A DNA stretch of 56,777 nucleotides from Cyanobacteria bacterium auto_48_18 (lineage in GTDB: Bacteria; Cyanobacteriota; Vampirovibrionia; Obscuribacterales; Obscuribacteraceae): the NCBI GenBank assembly GCA_036170915.1, contig JAVHQC010000024.1, positions 1-56,777 on the forward strand, written 5' to 3'. The translations under genes and the position numbers were made by a program. Every line of letters begins with the position of its first letter. The stretch's first letter is position 1. Positions 19,125 through 29,060 of this stretch are shown here, piece after piece. The notes under the pieces were generated by a model. It ran no database searches. It was not told the DNA's origin and saw only the letters and a program-made list of their open reading frames with translations.

Positions 19125-19157
19125 AAAAATGCCGTAGGCTAATCAGGAGCCTACGAC
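19125..19157 (-). terminator. Terminator-like hairpin in the rimP 5' leader (possible attenuator)
   Basis: mRNA GUCGUAGGCU-CCUGAUU-AGCCUACGGC followed by AUUUUUG; no co-oriented upstream gene to terminate (ybeY is divergent). Confidence 0.6.
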
Positions 19158-19217
19158 TAAAAATTTGGGTTTCTATGGGGAAATCCTAACATGGAAGCAG
19201 GGAGCACGCAAGAATAA

Positions 19218-19754
19218 GTGAAGATTGCTTTTCATAACCGCCAACGTAAGCTCAAACTCGACTTTGACGAGATGCAGCAAGATTTTGCCGCTCTGGCAGA
19301 GGCTTTGGGTGAAAATTTGCAGCAGAAACCGCCGCGCTGGTTGCCCAAAAAGGCTCTGCGACCGATTTTCGCTCGTGGCTCGCTTTCTGTTGTGATAGTC
19401 TCCGACCGCATCATTCGCCAGGTCAATAAAGAGTGGAGAGCTATAGACAAGGCTACTGATGTGCTTTCTTTTCCCCTTGAGCTGACTGAGCCAGCCACCT
19501 TTGCTTTTGACGAAGACGACGAAGATACTGAAGATAACAGCTGGATCGTGGGCGAAATCATCATTAGCGCCGAGAAGGCGGTTGCTCAAGCTGCCCAGTA
19601 TGGTCACAGCGTCAGGAGGGAGCTGGCTTTTCTTTTTATACATGGATGTCTGCACGTGCTTGGTTTTGACCACATGACCAAGGCTGAAGAAAAAGAAATG
19701 TTTGGCCGTCAGACTGAAATATTGGCGGCCAAGGGCTTCAAGCGTGAGCCATAA
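19218..19754 (+). CDS. ybeY: rRNA maturation endoribonuclease YbeY
   Basis: DKATDVLSFP, GEIIIS, HGCLHVLGFDH metal-binding motif. Confidence 0.96.
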   Translation: MKIAFHNRQRKLKLDFDEMQQDFAALAEALGENLQQKPPRWLPKKALRPIFARGSLSVVIVSDRIIRQVNKEWRAIDKATDVLSFPLELTEPATFAFDEDDEDTEDNSWIVGEIIISAEKAVAQAAQYGHSVRRELAFLFIHGCLHVLGFDHMTKAEEKEMFGRQTEILAAKGFKREP

Positions 19755-19843
19755 TTTGGTCTTGGCTGACACCCCAGAGTCGGCTGAATGTGCCATGATA
19801 GTTTGGTAACGCACAAAGCAGGCTGTATAGCTGGGTTGTACAA

Positions 19844-20356
19844 GTGGCTGAAGATTTAAAAAGTCCAGACAACCAATCTGAACCAGGTCTGTATGATTTC
19901 AGCCCGGTTTTGCCCGCATTTATAGAAGCAAACAAGGCTCCTATAAGCGACGACGGTGAAAGTGCCGGCGAAGATTGGCAGAAAAAAAGTGGGCGCTCAG
20001 GATCCGTTTGGGAAAGCTTTTATCACGCTTTCAATGGATTGCAAACTGGTTTTCGCCTGCAGAGAAATGTGCGCATTCATGTGTGTGTAGCCACGGCCGT
20101 TTTTGCTTTGGCCTTCTATTTAAAAGTTCAGGGACTAGAACTGATTGCCCTGGTTCTAGCAACTGGCTTTGTATTGTTTGCTGAATTTGTTAACACCGCC
20201 ATTGAGCACGTGGTGGACATTCAAACACAACATCAATATCAATTGCCTGCCCGTTACGCAAAAGATACGGCGGCGGCGGCAGTATTGCTCGCGGCACTCA
20301 CTGCCGTAGTGATAGGTTGCCTGGTTTTCGCGCCAAAGTTATTAGCTCTTCTATAG
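19844..20356 (+). CDS. dgkA: Diacylglycerol/undecaprenol kinase family protein
   Basis: SFYHAFNG, QRNVRIH, EFVNTAIEHVVD, AKDTAAAAV; conserved ybeY-dgkA order. Confidence 0.92.
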   Translation: MAEDLKSPDNQSEPGLYDFSPVLPAFIEANKAPISDDGESAGEDWQKKSGRSGSVWESFYHAFNGLQTGFRLQRNVRIHVCVATAVFALAFYLKVQGLELIALVLATGFVLFAEFVNTAIEHVVDIQTQHQYQLPARYAKDTAAAAVLLAALTAVVIGCLVFAPKLLALL

Positions 20357-20478
20357 CCTTGCAGGCGGCGAGCCGTGGGAATTTTCCCATTGACTGTCCA
20401 GGGACGAAAGGTATTGTATAGATACAGAAGCGAAGTGTGGCTGTGCGGACTATCCACACAATTTCTTAGGAGAACCCC

Positions 20479-21273
20479 ATGGGCGGATCGAAAAACAGCG
20501 GTAACCACGAAGTTACGGATTTATTTGACTCAAGACGCAACGATGTAATTGCGCCGACAGATGACAATCTGTCCAACTACAGAAGTGCCCCTCTCGAAAG
20601 AGAAAGAGGCTCGAGTCAGAATCGCGACATGACTTTCCGCACCGATGACGGTCGCACCATCAATATTAGAGATTCCACAGTCAATATTTATATTGGTGGA
20701 GATCAAGGAAATAGAGATTATCGCGATGAGCGTTCGTACCGTGTAGGCGGCGGCCGCAACAGCTATGTGCCAGATTATGACCGCTACGCCGAAATTCGCC
20801 GTGGGTACAACGAAGAGCGTTATATCAACAGCTATCAACCGCGTATTCCTATTCCTGATTGTTTTGGTCAGCAAGAACGGTCATGCCAACGTGGCGGACG
20901 TTATCAGCCAAGATATGAGCCAGCCTGGGCCTACGAAGATGACTATAATCGCGGCGTGAGAAACGTTGGTAGTAACAGAGATTATGACTACCGGCAGCCT
21001 CAGTACGACGACCGTCGTTATGATGATCGCCGTTATGACGACCCTCGCTATGATGATGGTCGCGGCCGCGGCTTTGAGAATGGTTTACATTCAGTCGGTC
21101 GCTTCTTGACCAATTTGCTCTACGCAGCTAGACCAGCTATTCAAGCTTATGCGCAGATCAAAATGGCCCAAAATGGTGGTGGTTGGGGCGGCGGCTGGGG
21201 TGGTGGCTGGGGCGGCGGCTATTATGACTACTACCGTACTCCCCAGAATAGAAACTATCCAGGCGGCTGGTAA
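20479..21273 (+). CDS. Hypothetical low-complexity R/D/Y/G-rich protein with YDDRR and GGGW repeats
   Basis: 264-aa ORF with AGGAG SD; candidate promoter TTGACT-N16-TATTGT at 20390-20417. Confidence 0.75.
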   Translation: MGGSKNSGNHEVTDLFDSRRNDVIAPTDDNLSNYRSAPLERERGSSQNRDMTFRTDDGRTINIRDSTVNIYIGGDQGNRDYRDERSYRVGGGRNSYVPDYDRYAEIRRGYNEERYINSYQPRIPIPDCFGQQERSCQRGGRYQPRYEPAWAYEDDYNRGVRNVGSNRDYDYRQPQYDDRRYDDRRYDDPRYDDGRGRGFENGLHSVGRFLTNLLYAARPAIQAYAQIKMAQNGGGWGGGWGGGWGGGYYDYYRTPQNRNYPGGW

Positions 21274-21315
21274 TTTATAAGTAGATTCTATAAGTAGCTT
21301 CTAGCTGTTTAGCTC

Positions 21316-22170
21316 TTAGTTAATTACTGATCGCGGTATATAAATATCGCAGTCGCCATCAGGGTCAGGCACGATTGTCAGATCAACATCGAAGACTGCT
21401 CGCAGTTGAGCGGGTTGCAGTACTTCTTTGACTGACCCCAGAGCTACTATTGATGACGCTGCAGGTTGCAGAGAAATTTCCGCAGATTTCTCTGCATTAT
21501 GTTTGCTCTTACCGACAAGTAACACCTGGTCGGCCACTCGCGCGCACAAATTTAAGTCGTGCAAAATGGCAGCCACACCAATGTTTTGCGCTTTCAATTC
21601 TTTGATGATGGCAATCAGTTCTAATTGATAGCGAAAATCGAGATTGGCAGTGGGTTCGTCTAACAGAATAAAATGCGGTTCTTGAGCCAATGCCATGGCC
21701 ATGGTAGCCCGTTGCTTCTCGCCTTCAGAGAGTTCGTTGACTTTGCGTCTGCCCATGCCATCGAGACCGCATCTCGACATTGCTGCCGCAACCAGCGCGC
21801 TTTCACTTGTGCTAAGAGCCGTGCTCCACCATTTCTGATGGGGGTTACGACCGAGCGAAACCAGCTCGTGCACTGTCATTTCCCAGGGTAGCTCAACACT
21901 TTGAGGCACATAAGCCACTTGTCTGGCAAATTCGCCGATGTTCATTTGCCATATATTTTTTCCGTCTAAAGAAATGGTTCCGGCAGCAGGTTTTAATTGC
22001 CTAGCCAGACCTTTCATCAAAGTCGATTTGCCACTACCGTTGGGCCCTTGAATTACAAGAACCTGGCCAGCGGTGAGACTCAAATTTACTTCGGCAATAA
22101 CATTGCCGATTTTATTTTTTTGATTGCCATAACCAAGAGCAAGTTGCGCTGCCTGAAGAGCGATAGTCAT
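21316..22170 (-). CDS. Iron-siderophore/cobalamin ABC transporter ATP-binding protein (FecE/FepC-like)
   Basis: GPNGSGKST, AYVPQ, LSEGEKQR, LLDEPT, LHDLN. Confidence 0.92.
   Translation of the reverse strand: MTIALQAAQLALGYGNQKNKIGNVIAEVNLSLTAGQVLVIQGPNGSGKSTLMKGLARQLKPAAGTISLDGKNIWQMNIGEFARQVAYVPQSVELPWEMTVHELVSLGRNPHQKWWSTALSTSESALVAAAMSRCGLDGMGRRKVNELSEGEKQRATMAMALAQEPHFILLDEPTANLDFRYQLELIAIIKELKAQNIGVAAILHDLNLCARVADQVLLVGKSKHNAEKSAEISLQPAASSIVALGSVKEVLQPAQLRAVFDVDLTIVPDPDGDCDIYIPRSVIN
21467..21496. repeat. Dispersed palindrome copy B (in-frame within the ABC ATPase gene)
   Basis: TGCAGAGAAATTT-CCGC-AGATTTCTCTGCA; encodes AEKSAEISL. Confidence 0.7.
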
Positions 22171-23165
22171 TGATTCACCCGCTCAAGCGAGTGTGAAAGC
22201 AGGTAGATAAAGAACGGCCCCCCAATTAGTGCCATCAGTGTACCCAGCGGTAGCTCCTGGCTGGCATTGAGTGTGCGCGCCAGCAGGTCACTAAAAAGCA
22301 CCAGGCATGCGCCTGTCAGGCCAGAAGTGACTAGTTGCAGACGCACGGCGCGACCAAAAAGTCGCCGCGAAATATGTGGTGCCACCAGTCCAACGAAACC
22401 CACCATACCGCTCAAAGCCACAGCTGAACTGGCAAGCAGCACCGCCGCAGATAAAATAATGACCTGGCTGCGGCCCACATTGAGGCCCAGAGAGCTGGCC
22501 GCCTCCTCACCAAGAGAAAGTAAACTCAGTTGTTTAGCGGTGGCCAGGGCTGCTACGAAACCCACGGCGACATAAAAGGAAGTGGGAATTAGTTCCGACC
22601 AACTTCTGCCGCTGATTCCCCCTAAGAGCCAGAGATTGAGCCCCTGAGCCATTAACTGCGTGCCGAAGACAGTCATAGCCATGGTTATCACAGCGCTGGC
22701 CACTGAAGACAAAGCAATGCCGGCAAGCAGCAGCTTCGCTACAGAGAGCCCGTAGTGCGCTTGACCCTTAGCTAGAAAGGCCACGAAAAAACTGGCTGTG
22801 ATACCACCAGCGAAGGCAAAAATTGGAATGTTCTGAAAGTCGAATTTTAATAGCATGGCAAAAGCCACACCCAGGGCGGCTCCGCTTGAGACACCGGTAA
22901 GATATGGATCTGCCAGATCATTGCGACTGAGAGCCTGCAAAAGATAACCAGAAGTGGCTAAAGCAAGGCCGACGAGAGCGGCGGTCAATAGTCGTGGCAG
23001 GCGAATGCCAAAGATGACGTCGTGCAACTGTCCTGGCTGTGCGGCAGGAGGAGCAAAAATGGTTTGCAGAGCTTCAAGGGGCTGCACCATGATGTCGCCC
23101 AGGCATAAGTTGGCAAGCATCAAGACAATGGTAAATAAAATCAGGGCAGAAAGCTTAACGAGCAT
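22167..23165 (-). CDS. FecCD/BtuC family ABC transporter permease
   Basis: IRLPRL, RNDLADPYLTGVSSGA, GFVGLVAPH, IGGPFF; ATG 23165 preferred over 23243. Confidence 0.93.
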   Translation of the reverse strand: MLVKLSALILFTIVLMLANLCLGDIMVQPLEALQTIFAPPAAQPGQLHDVIFGIRLPRLLTAALVGLALATSGYLLQALSRNDLADPYLTGVSSGAALGVAFAMLLKFDFQNIPIFAFAGGITASFFVAFLAKGQAHYGLSVAKLLLAGIALSSVASAVITMAMTVFGTQLMAQGLNLWLLGGISGRSWSELIPTSFYVAVGFVAALATAKQLSLLSLGEEAASSLGLNVGRSQVIILSAAVLLASSAVALSGMVGFVGLVAPHISRRLFGRAVRLQLVTSGLTGACLVLFSDLLARTLNASQELPLGTLMALIGGPFFIYLLSHSLERVNQ

Positions 23166-23218
23166 TATTATTCTAGGAAAATTAGAGAATGCTACCATAG
23201 CACCTGCGAGGGTAAGCA

Positions 23219-24391
23219 ATGATCTATCTCGATAACAGCGCAACCACTAAAGTGCATCCGCAAGTTCTGGCGGCGATGCTGCCTTTCTTGAGCGAAAATT
23301 TTGGCAATCCAAGCTCTATTCATAGTCAAGGACGCGCAGCACGAGCCGCGGTAGACAAGGCTAGAGAGCAAGTCGCTAATTTTCTTGGCTGCCAACCCAG
23401 TGAAGTTTATTTCAGCAGTTGCGCCACCATGTCAAACAATGTGGCCTTGCTTGGCCGTGCTCGCTTCATCGAAGCAAACGGTTTGCCCAAGCATTTGATT
23501 ACATCAGCCATTGAGCATCCGGCAATTTTAGGACCAGCTCAATTTTTAGAATCGCAAGGTTGGCGGGTTACATACCTGCCTGTTGATAAGCAGGGTTTTA
23601 TACGTTTAGATGATTTTGCCTCTGCGCTCAGCCGTGACACCAGCATGATTTCAATCATGTGGGCTAATAACGAAATTGGTGTGGTGCAACCAATTTTTGA
23701 AATTGCTGCTCTGGTGGAAAAACATAGCCAGGTGGTGGGTCATGAAATATTTTTGCATACCGATGCCGTGCAGGTGCCGGGCAAGCTTGCTATTGATTTG
23801 AGCCAACTTGCGGTTTCATCACTCTCTTTGTCAGGTCATAAATTTGGTGCGCCTAAAGGCATCGGCATTTTATTTTTACGGCGCCTGGTCAATGTGATGC
23901 CGATTGTTTTTGGTGGTGGCCAGGAGATGGGTCTCTTTGCCGGCACAGAGTCGGTGGCCGATATAGTTGGTATAGGTGAGGCAGCCAGCATCGCTCAAGG
24001 GCAGCAAGCGTCTTTAGAAAGACGTTTGCGCTCTTACCAGAAGCAATTATTTGAGCATCTTTTGGCTCTGCCGGGGGTTTCAATAACCGGTCCGGTGGAT
24101 GTGAGCAACCGCTTGCCTGGTCACGTTTCGGTGGCTCTCGCCAATGGCGAAGGGGAAGCACTGGTACTGAAAAGTGATCTTAAGGGGCTTTCGCTATCAA
24201 GCGGATCGGCCTGCCATCAAGGCATCATTGAACCTTCACATGTACTTCGAGCCATAGGCATTAGCGAAGAGAAGGCGCTTGGTGCCATAAGAATCAGCTT
24301 CGGAGCTGATAATAATGACGACGACGTCATTAAAGCCATGAGCGTGCTCGAGCAAATTCTCAACAAAACGGCCAAGGCCAGATCAATTTAG
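23219..24391 (+). CDS. iscS: Cysteine desulfurase (IscS/NifS group I)
   Basis: IYLDNSATT, GNPSS, NNEIG, HTDAVQ, SGHK (PLP lysine), SSGSAC (catalytic Cys). Confidence 0.93.
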   Translation: MIYLDNSATTKVHPQVLAAMLPFLSENFGNPSSIHSQGRAARAAVDKAREQVANFLGCQPSEVYFSSCATMSNNVALLGRARFIEANGLPKHLITSAIEHPAILGPAQFLESQGWRVTYLPVDKQGFIRLDDFASALSRDTSMISIMWANNEIGVVQPIFEIAALVEKHSQVVGHEIFLHTDAVQVPGKLAIDLSQLAVSSLSLSGHKFGAPKGIGILFLRRLVNVMPIVFGGGQEMGLFAGTESVADIVGIGEAASIAQGQQASLERRLRSYQKQLFEHLLALPGVSITGPVDVSNRLPGHVSVALANGEGEALVLKSDLKGLSLSSGSACHQGIIEPSHVLRAIGISEEKALGAIRISFGADNNDDDVIKAMSVLEQILNKTAKARSI

Positions 24392-26013
24392 TCTGGTGTG
24401 TCGCTTTTTTCTGCCGGCTCGTCTAACTTTTTGATCTGTGCCACTTGTTTCGGTCCGTCTGTAAACATGTTGCCTACAAAATTAACCAGGCCTGCAGTGC
24501 GTTTGGTCAGTTTACCGTGTAGTAACTGAATGCCGCCCTGAGCCATTTTAATTTTAGACTTACTGTAGGGGTACCACCACACGCGGTGCGCACCGCCGGC
24601 AGCATCAATGCTGATGTGCTTGATATTGCAAAGATCTTGCAAGCCAAAGATGGAATGGCCTTTACCAAAGCCGCTTTTCTTAATGCCGCCCCAGGGCAGC
24701 TGTGGTGTGGCGTGAGAGAAAAGGCAATCATTTATCAAAACAGTGCCCACATTAAGATCGCGAGCAACGCATTCGGCTCGATTAAGCTTGCCCGCCCAAA
24801 CAGTGGCTGTAAGGCCATATTCACTGTCATTGGCAAGGTCTACCGCCTGGTCTTCGCTGTCAACAATCATAATAGGCATAACTGGCCCGAATGTTTCTTC
24901 CCGCATAATTTTCATTTGTTGATTGACGCCGGTTATCACCGTCGGCTCGAAAAAGAAGCCTCCCAGATCTGTGCGAGCGTGGCCACCGGTGAGGCATTTA
25001 GCATCGCCCTGCACGGCCTCATCGACTTGTCTAACCACATGATCAAGTTGACCCTGATCAATTAGCGGCCCCACATCGGTCATAGCATCACTAGCGGCAC
25101 CAAGTTTTAATTTGCTGGTCATCGAGACAATGGTGTTAATCAGCTTGTCGGTATTTTTGCCTTTAACAATGTAGACGCGTTCCACTGAAGCGCAGGCCTG
25201 GCCGGCATTGGTGAATGCACCCCAGACAAGGCCACGGGCGGTCCAGTCAACCGGTGCGTCAGGTAAGACAATAGCGGCGTCTTTACCGCCAAGCTCTAGA
25301 GTGACCGGCGTTATTTGGGCAGAGGCCTGTGCCATCACTGCAGCACCACCTTCTACAGAACCGGTAAAAATCAGCTTCGACAGATTGGTGCGGCTTAAAA
25401 TTTTGCCGGTGCTGCTATCACCGGTGAGAATCTGAATCACGCCTGGTGGAAAACCGGCTTCAAGAAAAAGCTCACCGATTTTGATACCAATCAATGGCGA
25501 CTTCTCTGATGGTTTGAGCAAAACCGTGTTGCCTACCATAATAGCCATGAGAGCGGTCATTGTTGGTATGGCAAATGGATAATTCCAGGGAGAAATAATG
25601 CCGATTACTCCCAATGGTTCAAAAGCCACAATGCTTTGTTTACTCGACAAAAGTGGATTTGCCAGAGGCATGGGTTGGTCAGCGAGTAGACGTTCGCAAT
25701 TTTCAGCCAACCAGACGCAGGTATCAAGTGGTCCACAAAGCTCTGAAAGATAAGCTTCAGGCAAAGGTTTACCTACTTCTTCGCTAATCAAATTTGCTAT
25801 TTCGTCTGCCTTGTTAGCAATTAACTGGCGAAATTTTAAAACTAGCTTCGCTCTTTTGCTGTAAGAAGTGAGTTGCCAGTGCTCGAAAGTTTTCCAGGCA
25901 AGTTCATTAGCGGCATTGACTTCGCTTTCGCCCATAAGTGGCGCACGGCCCAGAGGTTGCTTTGTGGCAGGATTTATAGATTCGAATGTATCAGCTTGTT
26001 TAGTGACGACCAT
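24388..26013 (-). CDS. NAD(P)-dependent aldehyde dehydrogenase
   Basis: ISPWNYP, LKPSE, FTGS, LELGGKD, GQAC, EETFGP, PWGG. Confidence 0.95.
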   Translation of the reverse strand: MVVTKQADTFESINPATKQPLGRAPLMGESEVNAANELAWKTFEHWQLTSYSKRAKLVLKFRQLIANKADEIANLISEEVGKPLPEAYLSELCGPLDTCVWLAENCERLLADQPMPLANPLLSSKQSIVAFEPLGVIGIISPWNYPFAIPTMTALMAIMVGNTVLLKPSEKSPLIGIKIGELFLEAGFPPGVIQILTGDSSTGKILSRTNLSKLIFTGSVEGGAAVMAQASAQITPVTLELGGKDAAIVLPDAPVDWTARGLVWGAFTNAGQACASVERVYIVKGKNTDKLINTIVSMTSKLKLGAASDAMTDVGPLIDQGQLDHVVRQVDEAVQGDAKCLTGGHARTDLGGFFFEPTVITGVNQQMKIMREETFGPVMPIMIVDSEDQAVDLANDSEYGLTATVWAGKLNRAECVARDLNVGTVLINDCLFSHATPQLPWGGIKKSGFGKGHSIFGLQDLCNIKHISIDAAGGAHRVWWYPYSKSKIKMAQGGIQLLHGKLTKRTAGLVNFVGNMFTDGPKQVAQIKKLDEPAEKSDTPD

Positions 26014-26031
26014 GTTTTTCCTTAGTCAGAA

Positions 26032-27882
26032 TTAGTGGGCCGGTAATTTTTTCATAGGACTGACGGCTTTCATAGGTGCAGAAAATTTGGCGAATTTTGC
26101 TAGAGCGTCTTTTGCAATTAGCTTATCAGGGCCGCTCAAGCCGTTTTCCAGGCTCTGGCGAAATAGCTTTTCAGCTTCCTGGTTTTTACCTTTTTTCTCC
26201 AGCAGGCCTGCCAGGGTAAAACTGGCTTGCGCGCTAAGCGTTCCTTCACTTGCTGCCTTTAAAAGTAATGTTTCACCTCGTGACTGGCCGGCCTTAGTCA
26301 ATATTATTCCCAATCGGCTCAATGCCTCAATGTCGCCTGGCGCAATTAAGAGCGCTTGTTCAAGAGCCTCTTGTGCCGCTTGCTGATTGTCTTCAGCTAG
26401 CGCAACATCAGCTTCTGCCAAAATCACTTCTTCGTCGCGATTGTAAGCCGCAGCTTTAGTCAAATTAGCTCTAGCTTCAGCAATGTTGTTTTCAAAAAGC
26501 GCGTAACGCAAGAGTGCTAAATGCAGAGCAGCACGCTTGTACTTTTCACTATTGCTTTCAGGCAAGGCGGCAAGACTGCGAGCCACTTCATCTTTAAGGG
26601 CTGCCAGAGCGCTTTTGCTGACTTCGTCCTGGCGCAAGGCGGCGGTCAGTTCGAGGGCAAGTGCTTGAGCGCTTACACCAGGCACTTTGCGCAACTCATG
26701 GGCGGCAGCGGCGGCTTCAAGTGCTTCGCCATTCTTTAAAATCATTTTTGCCACCAGCAGTTTTGCCGGGAAAAGACTTTTTTCTTTGTTGCCCGAACTG
26801 GTCAGGGCACCGCGAGCTTCTCTGTAATTACCGTCTTTGTATGCCAAATAACCCTGGGCGAAAGGTACCAGCGCTTGCTTGCCGTCGATCATATTGGCCG
26901 TATTGACCAGGTCGCGCGCCTTATTAGTTTGGCCGGCGGTAATATTGCACATTGCTTCTAATGCTAGAAGTGCACTTGTAGAGTCGCTCACTCTCAGATT
27001 ATTGGCGTCTTCAATCAAACCATCAAGACAAGTCTGATTGTCACCGTTCAAATACATTGCTAACAGTTGTTTGTATCTGCCGCTGCTTGCCTTTGGAAAT
27101 TGCTCGCAAAAGCGATTGAAAAACTGAGTTGCTTCCTGATAGAAACCCAGATTGAGCGCCTGATCGCCCACGTCGATGTAGCCCTCTATTGGTACATCAG
27201 AATTATTGAGTAACTGTTTAAATTGATTGTGCACACCGCTAATATTGCCGGCGCGGTTCATGGTTAAAAGAGTACTGACCCGCGCTTGTTTATTCGATGG
27301 GCTAAGGCTCACTGCTTTGGCTGCCGCCTCTTGCGCTTTGGCACTTTCGTTTAGACCAGCATAGAGGTCTGACAAAGAGAGCCAGGCATCATAGTTAGTA
27401 GGATCGATTGCCACCACTTTTTCAAATTCCGCGGCAGCTCCAGTCGAATTGCCCATAGTAAGCAATGCCATGGCTGCCTGCAGGTGCGCCAGCATTGAGT
27501 CTGGAGCAATTGCTATGGCCTGTCTGGCTACCGCTAAAGCTTCTTCTTTGCCCTTGGGCAGACGCATCAAGACAGTGTGAAGAATCAATCGCAGCTGCAA
27601 GTTATTAGGACATTTATCTAGCCAACTGCGCAAATACTCGGCGGCTTCAAGGTTTTTTCCCTTCGCAAACAAACTGCTGCCGGTAGCCAAACAAGCAGGG
27701 CAACCAGGATCTTCGGGCTCTTTTGGTTTTTCGACCTCAACAGCCTCATTATGCTTTGCCTTCTTTTTCGCCAGGGCAGGGGCGCTGGATAAGAGCTGAG
27801 GTAAGAAACTCAACGCTAACGCAATTGCCAGCGCGCGGGTGCGTTGGTTTACCTGAAGATTGAAAATAATATTCTTGATCAC
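26032..27882 (-). CDS. Exported TPR-repeat protein
   Basis: Signal-peptide-like N-terminus ending PALA; repeated helix pairs with AIAIAPD/AIDPTN/LIAPGD turns. Confidence 0.82.
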   Translation of the reverse strand: MIKNIIFNLQVNQRTRALAIALALSFLPQLLSSAPALAKKKAKHNEAVEVEKPKEPEDPGCPACLATGSSLFAKGKNLEAAEYLRSWLDKCPNNLQLRLILHTVLMRLPKGKEEALAVARQAIAIAPDSMLAHLQAAMALLTMGNSTGAAAEFEKVVAIDPTNYDAWLSLSDLYAGLNESAKAQEAAAKAVSLSPSNKQARVSTLLTMNRAGNISGVHNQFKQLLNNSDVPIEGYIDVGDQALNLGFYQEATQFFNRFCEQFPKASSGRYKQLLAMYLNGDNQTCLDGLIEDANNLRVSDSTSALLALEAMCNITAGQTNKARDLVNTANMIDGKQALVPFAQGYLAYKDGNYREARGALTSSGNKEKSLFPAKLLVAKMILKNGEALEAAAAAHELRKVPGVSAQALALELTAALRQDEVSKSALAALKDEVARSLAALPESNSEKYKRAALHLALLRYALFENNIAEARANLTKAAAYNRDEEVILAEADVALAEDNQQAAQEALEQALLIAPGDIEALSRLGIILTKAGQSRGETLLLKAASEGTLSAQASFTLAGLLEKKGKNQEAEKLFRQSLENGLSGPDKLIAKDALAKFAKFSAPMKAVSPMKKLPAH

Positions 27883-27971
27883 GCCTTATAGCATAGCCTA
27901 ATTGGATCGTTATACTGAGTCAAAGGGGCAATTTTAGGTTGCAAGGGGATAATATTTTGGACTCTGCCGGT

Positions 27972-29060
27972 ATGGCCAAAAAATTTTCGATCAAGTCATT
28001 ATTGGCCGTGACGATTTTTGCCTCTTGTTTTGTCGTAGCGGCCAGCGCCGATGGTGCCACGGGCGGTGACAGTGAAGCGCTTCAGAGGGCAAATCAGGCT
28101 TATTTGGCAAAGAAGTATAGTGACGCTTCAGGCCTGGTTAGTCGTGTTATTCTCAAGCAGGGTGAAAGTGCTGCAGCCCTTAATTTGCTCGGCAAGATCT
28201 ATCACCGCCAGGGAAAAATTGACGACGCTTTGGCGCAATATCAAAAGGCCCTAAAACTAGATAGCAATTTTACCGAAGCACGTTTTGATTTAGGGGTGGC
28301 GCTCTTTGACCAGGGCCAGTATGCCCCAGCGGCCAAGGCATTTGAACAGGCCCTCAGTCAGGCTAACAATAACAGTGAGTATCAGTACAATCTAGCCATT
28401 GCTCTGGAGCGCCTGGGCCAACTAAGGCCGGCCACTGAGGGTTATGAGCGCGCCATTCAGTTAGATGATAAAAATGCCGCCGCCCATTACAGCTTAGCTC
28501 GCCTGATGGCGGCTTCAGGAGACAATGAGCGCGCCATTCAAGAGTATCGTCTGGCCATTGCTGCCGAACCAGATTTTCCTGAAGCTCACAACAACTTAGG
28601 CGTTGTCTACAGCAATTTAGGTAAGTATCCGGAAGCCATTGAGTGCTTTCAACAAGCTTTGAAGATTAACCCTAACTGCCCGGAAGCTCAGCGTAACCTG
28701 GGTTACGCCCAAGCGCACACCAGCCTTGGCGTTACTTATTTAAGCCAGGGTGATATGAAAAAAGCTTTGGAAGAATTTCGTAAGGCCTTGCACATTGATC
28801 CTCATTACAGTGATGCTCACTATAATCTGGCTCTGCTATTGCAAAAGCAAGGGCAATTAGCCGAAGCAGTTTCGCACTATCGAGAAGCGATCAAGGGCGA
28901 TCCTAAATCGGCCATGGCACACAATAATTTGGGAGTGGCCTTGATGCAGATGGGCAACAAAGATCAAGCAGAAATTGAATATAAAGAGGCTTTAAAAGTC
29001 AAGCCTGATTTTAGCGATGCCCAGCTCAATCTAGATGAATTGCAAAAAAGCCGTATGTGA
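27972..29060 (+). CDS. Exported TPR-repeat protein
   Basis: Multiple canonical TPRs (AHNNLG...Y..A...P); signal peptide from ATG 27972. Confidence 0.92.
   Translation: MAKKFSIKSLLAVTIFASCFVVAASADGATGGDSEALQRANQAYLAKKYSDASGLVSRVILKQGESAAALNLLGKIYHRQGKIDDALAQYQKALKLDSNFTEARFDLGVALFDQGQYAPAAKAFEQALSQANNNSEYQYNLAIALERLGQLRPATEGYERAIQLDDKNAAAHYSLARLMAASGDNERAIQEYRLAIAAEPDFPEAHNNLGVVYSNLGKYPEAIECFQQALKINPNCPEAQRNLGYAQAHTSLGVTYLSQGDMKKALEEFRKALHIDPHYSDAHYNLALLLQKQGQLAEAVSHYREAIKGDPKSAMAHNNLGVALMQMGNKDQAEIEYKEALKVKPDFSDAQLNLDELQKSRM

Noticed and set aside
20059..20078. Half-site GCAGAGAAAT in dgkA (also partial matches near 30760 and 52956)
   Set aside because: No matching second arm; explained by the encoded peptide
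21002..21220. Tandem 15-bp and 12-bp DNA repeats
   Set aside because: Explained by the YDDRR and GGGW peptide repeats; no spacers, so not an array
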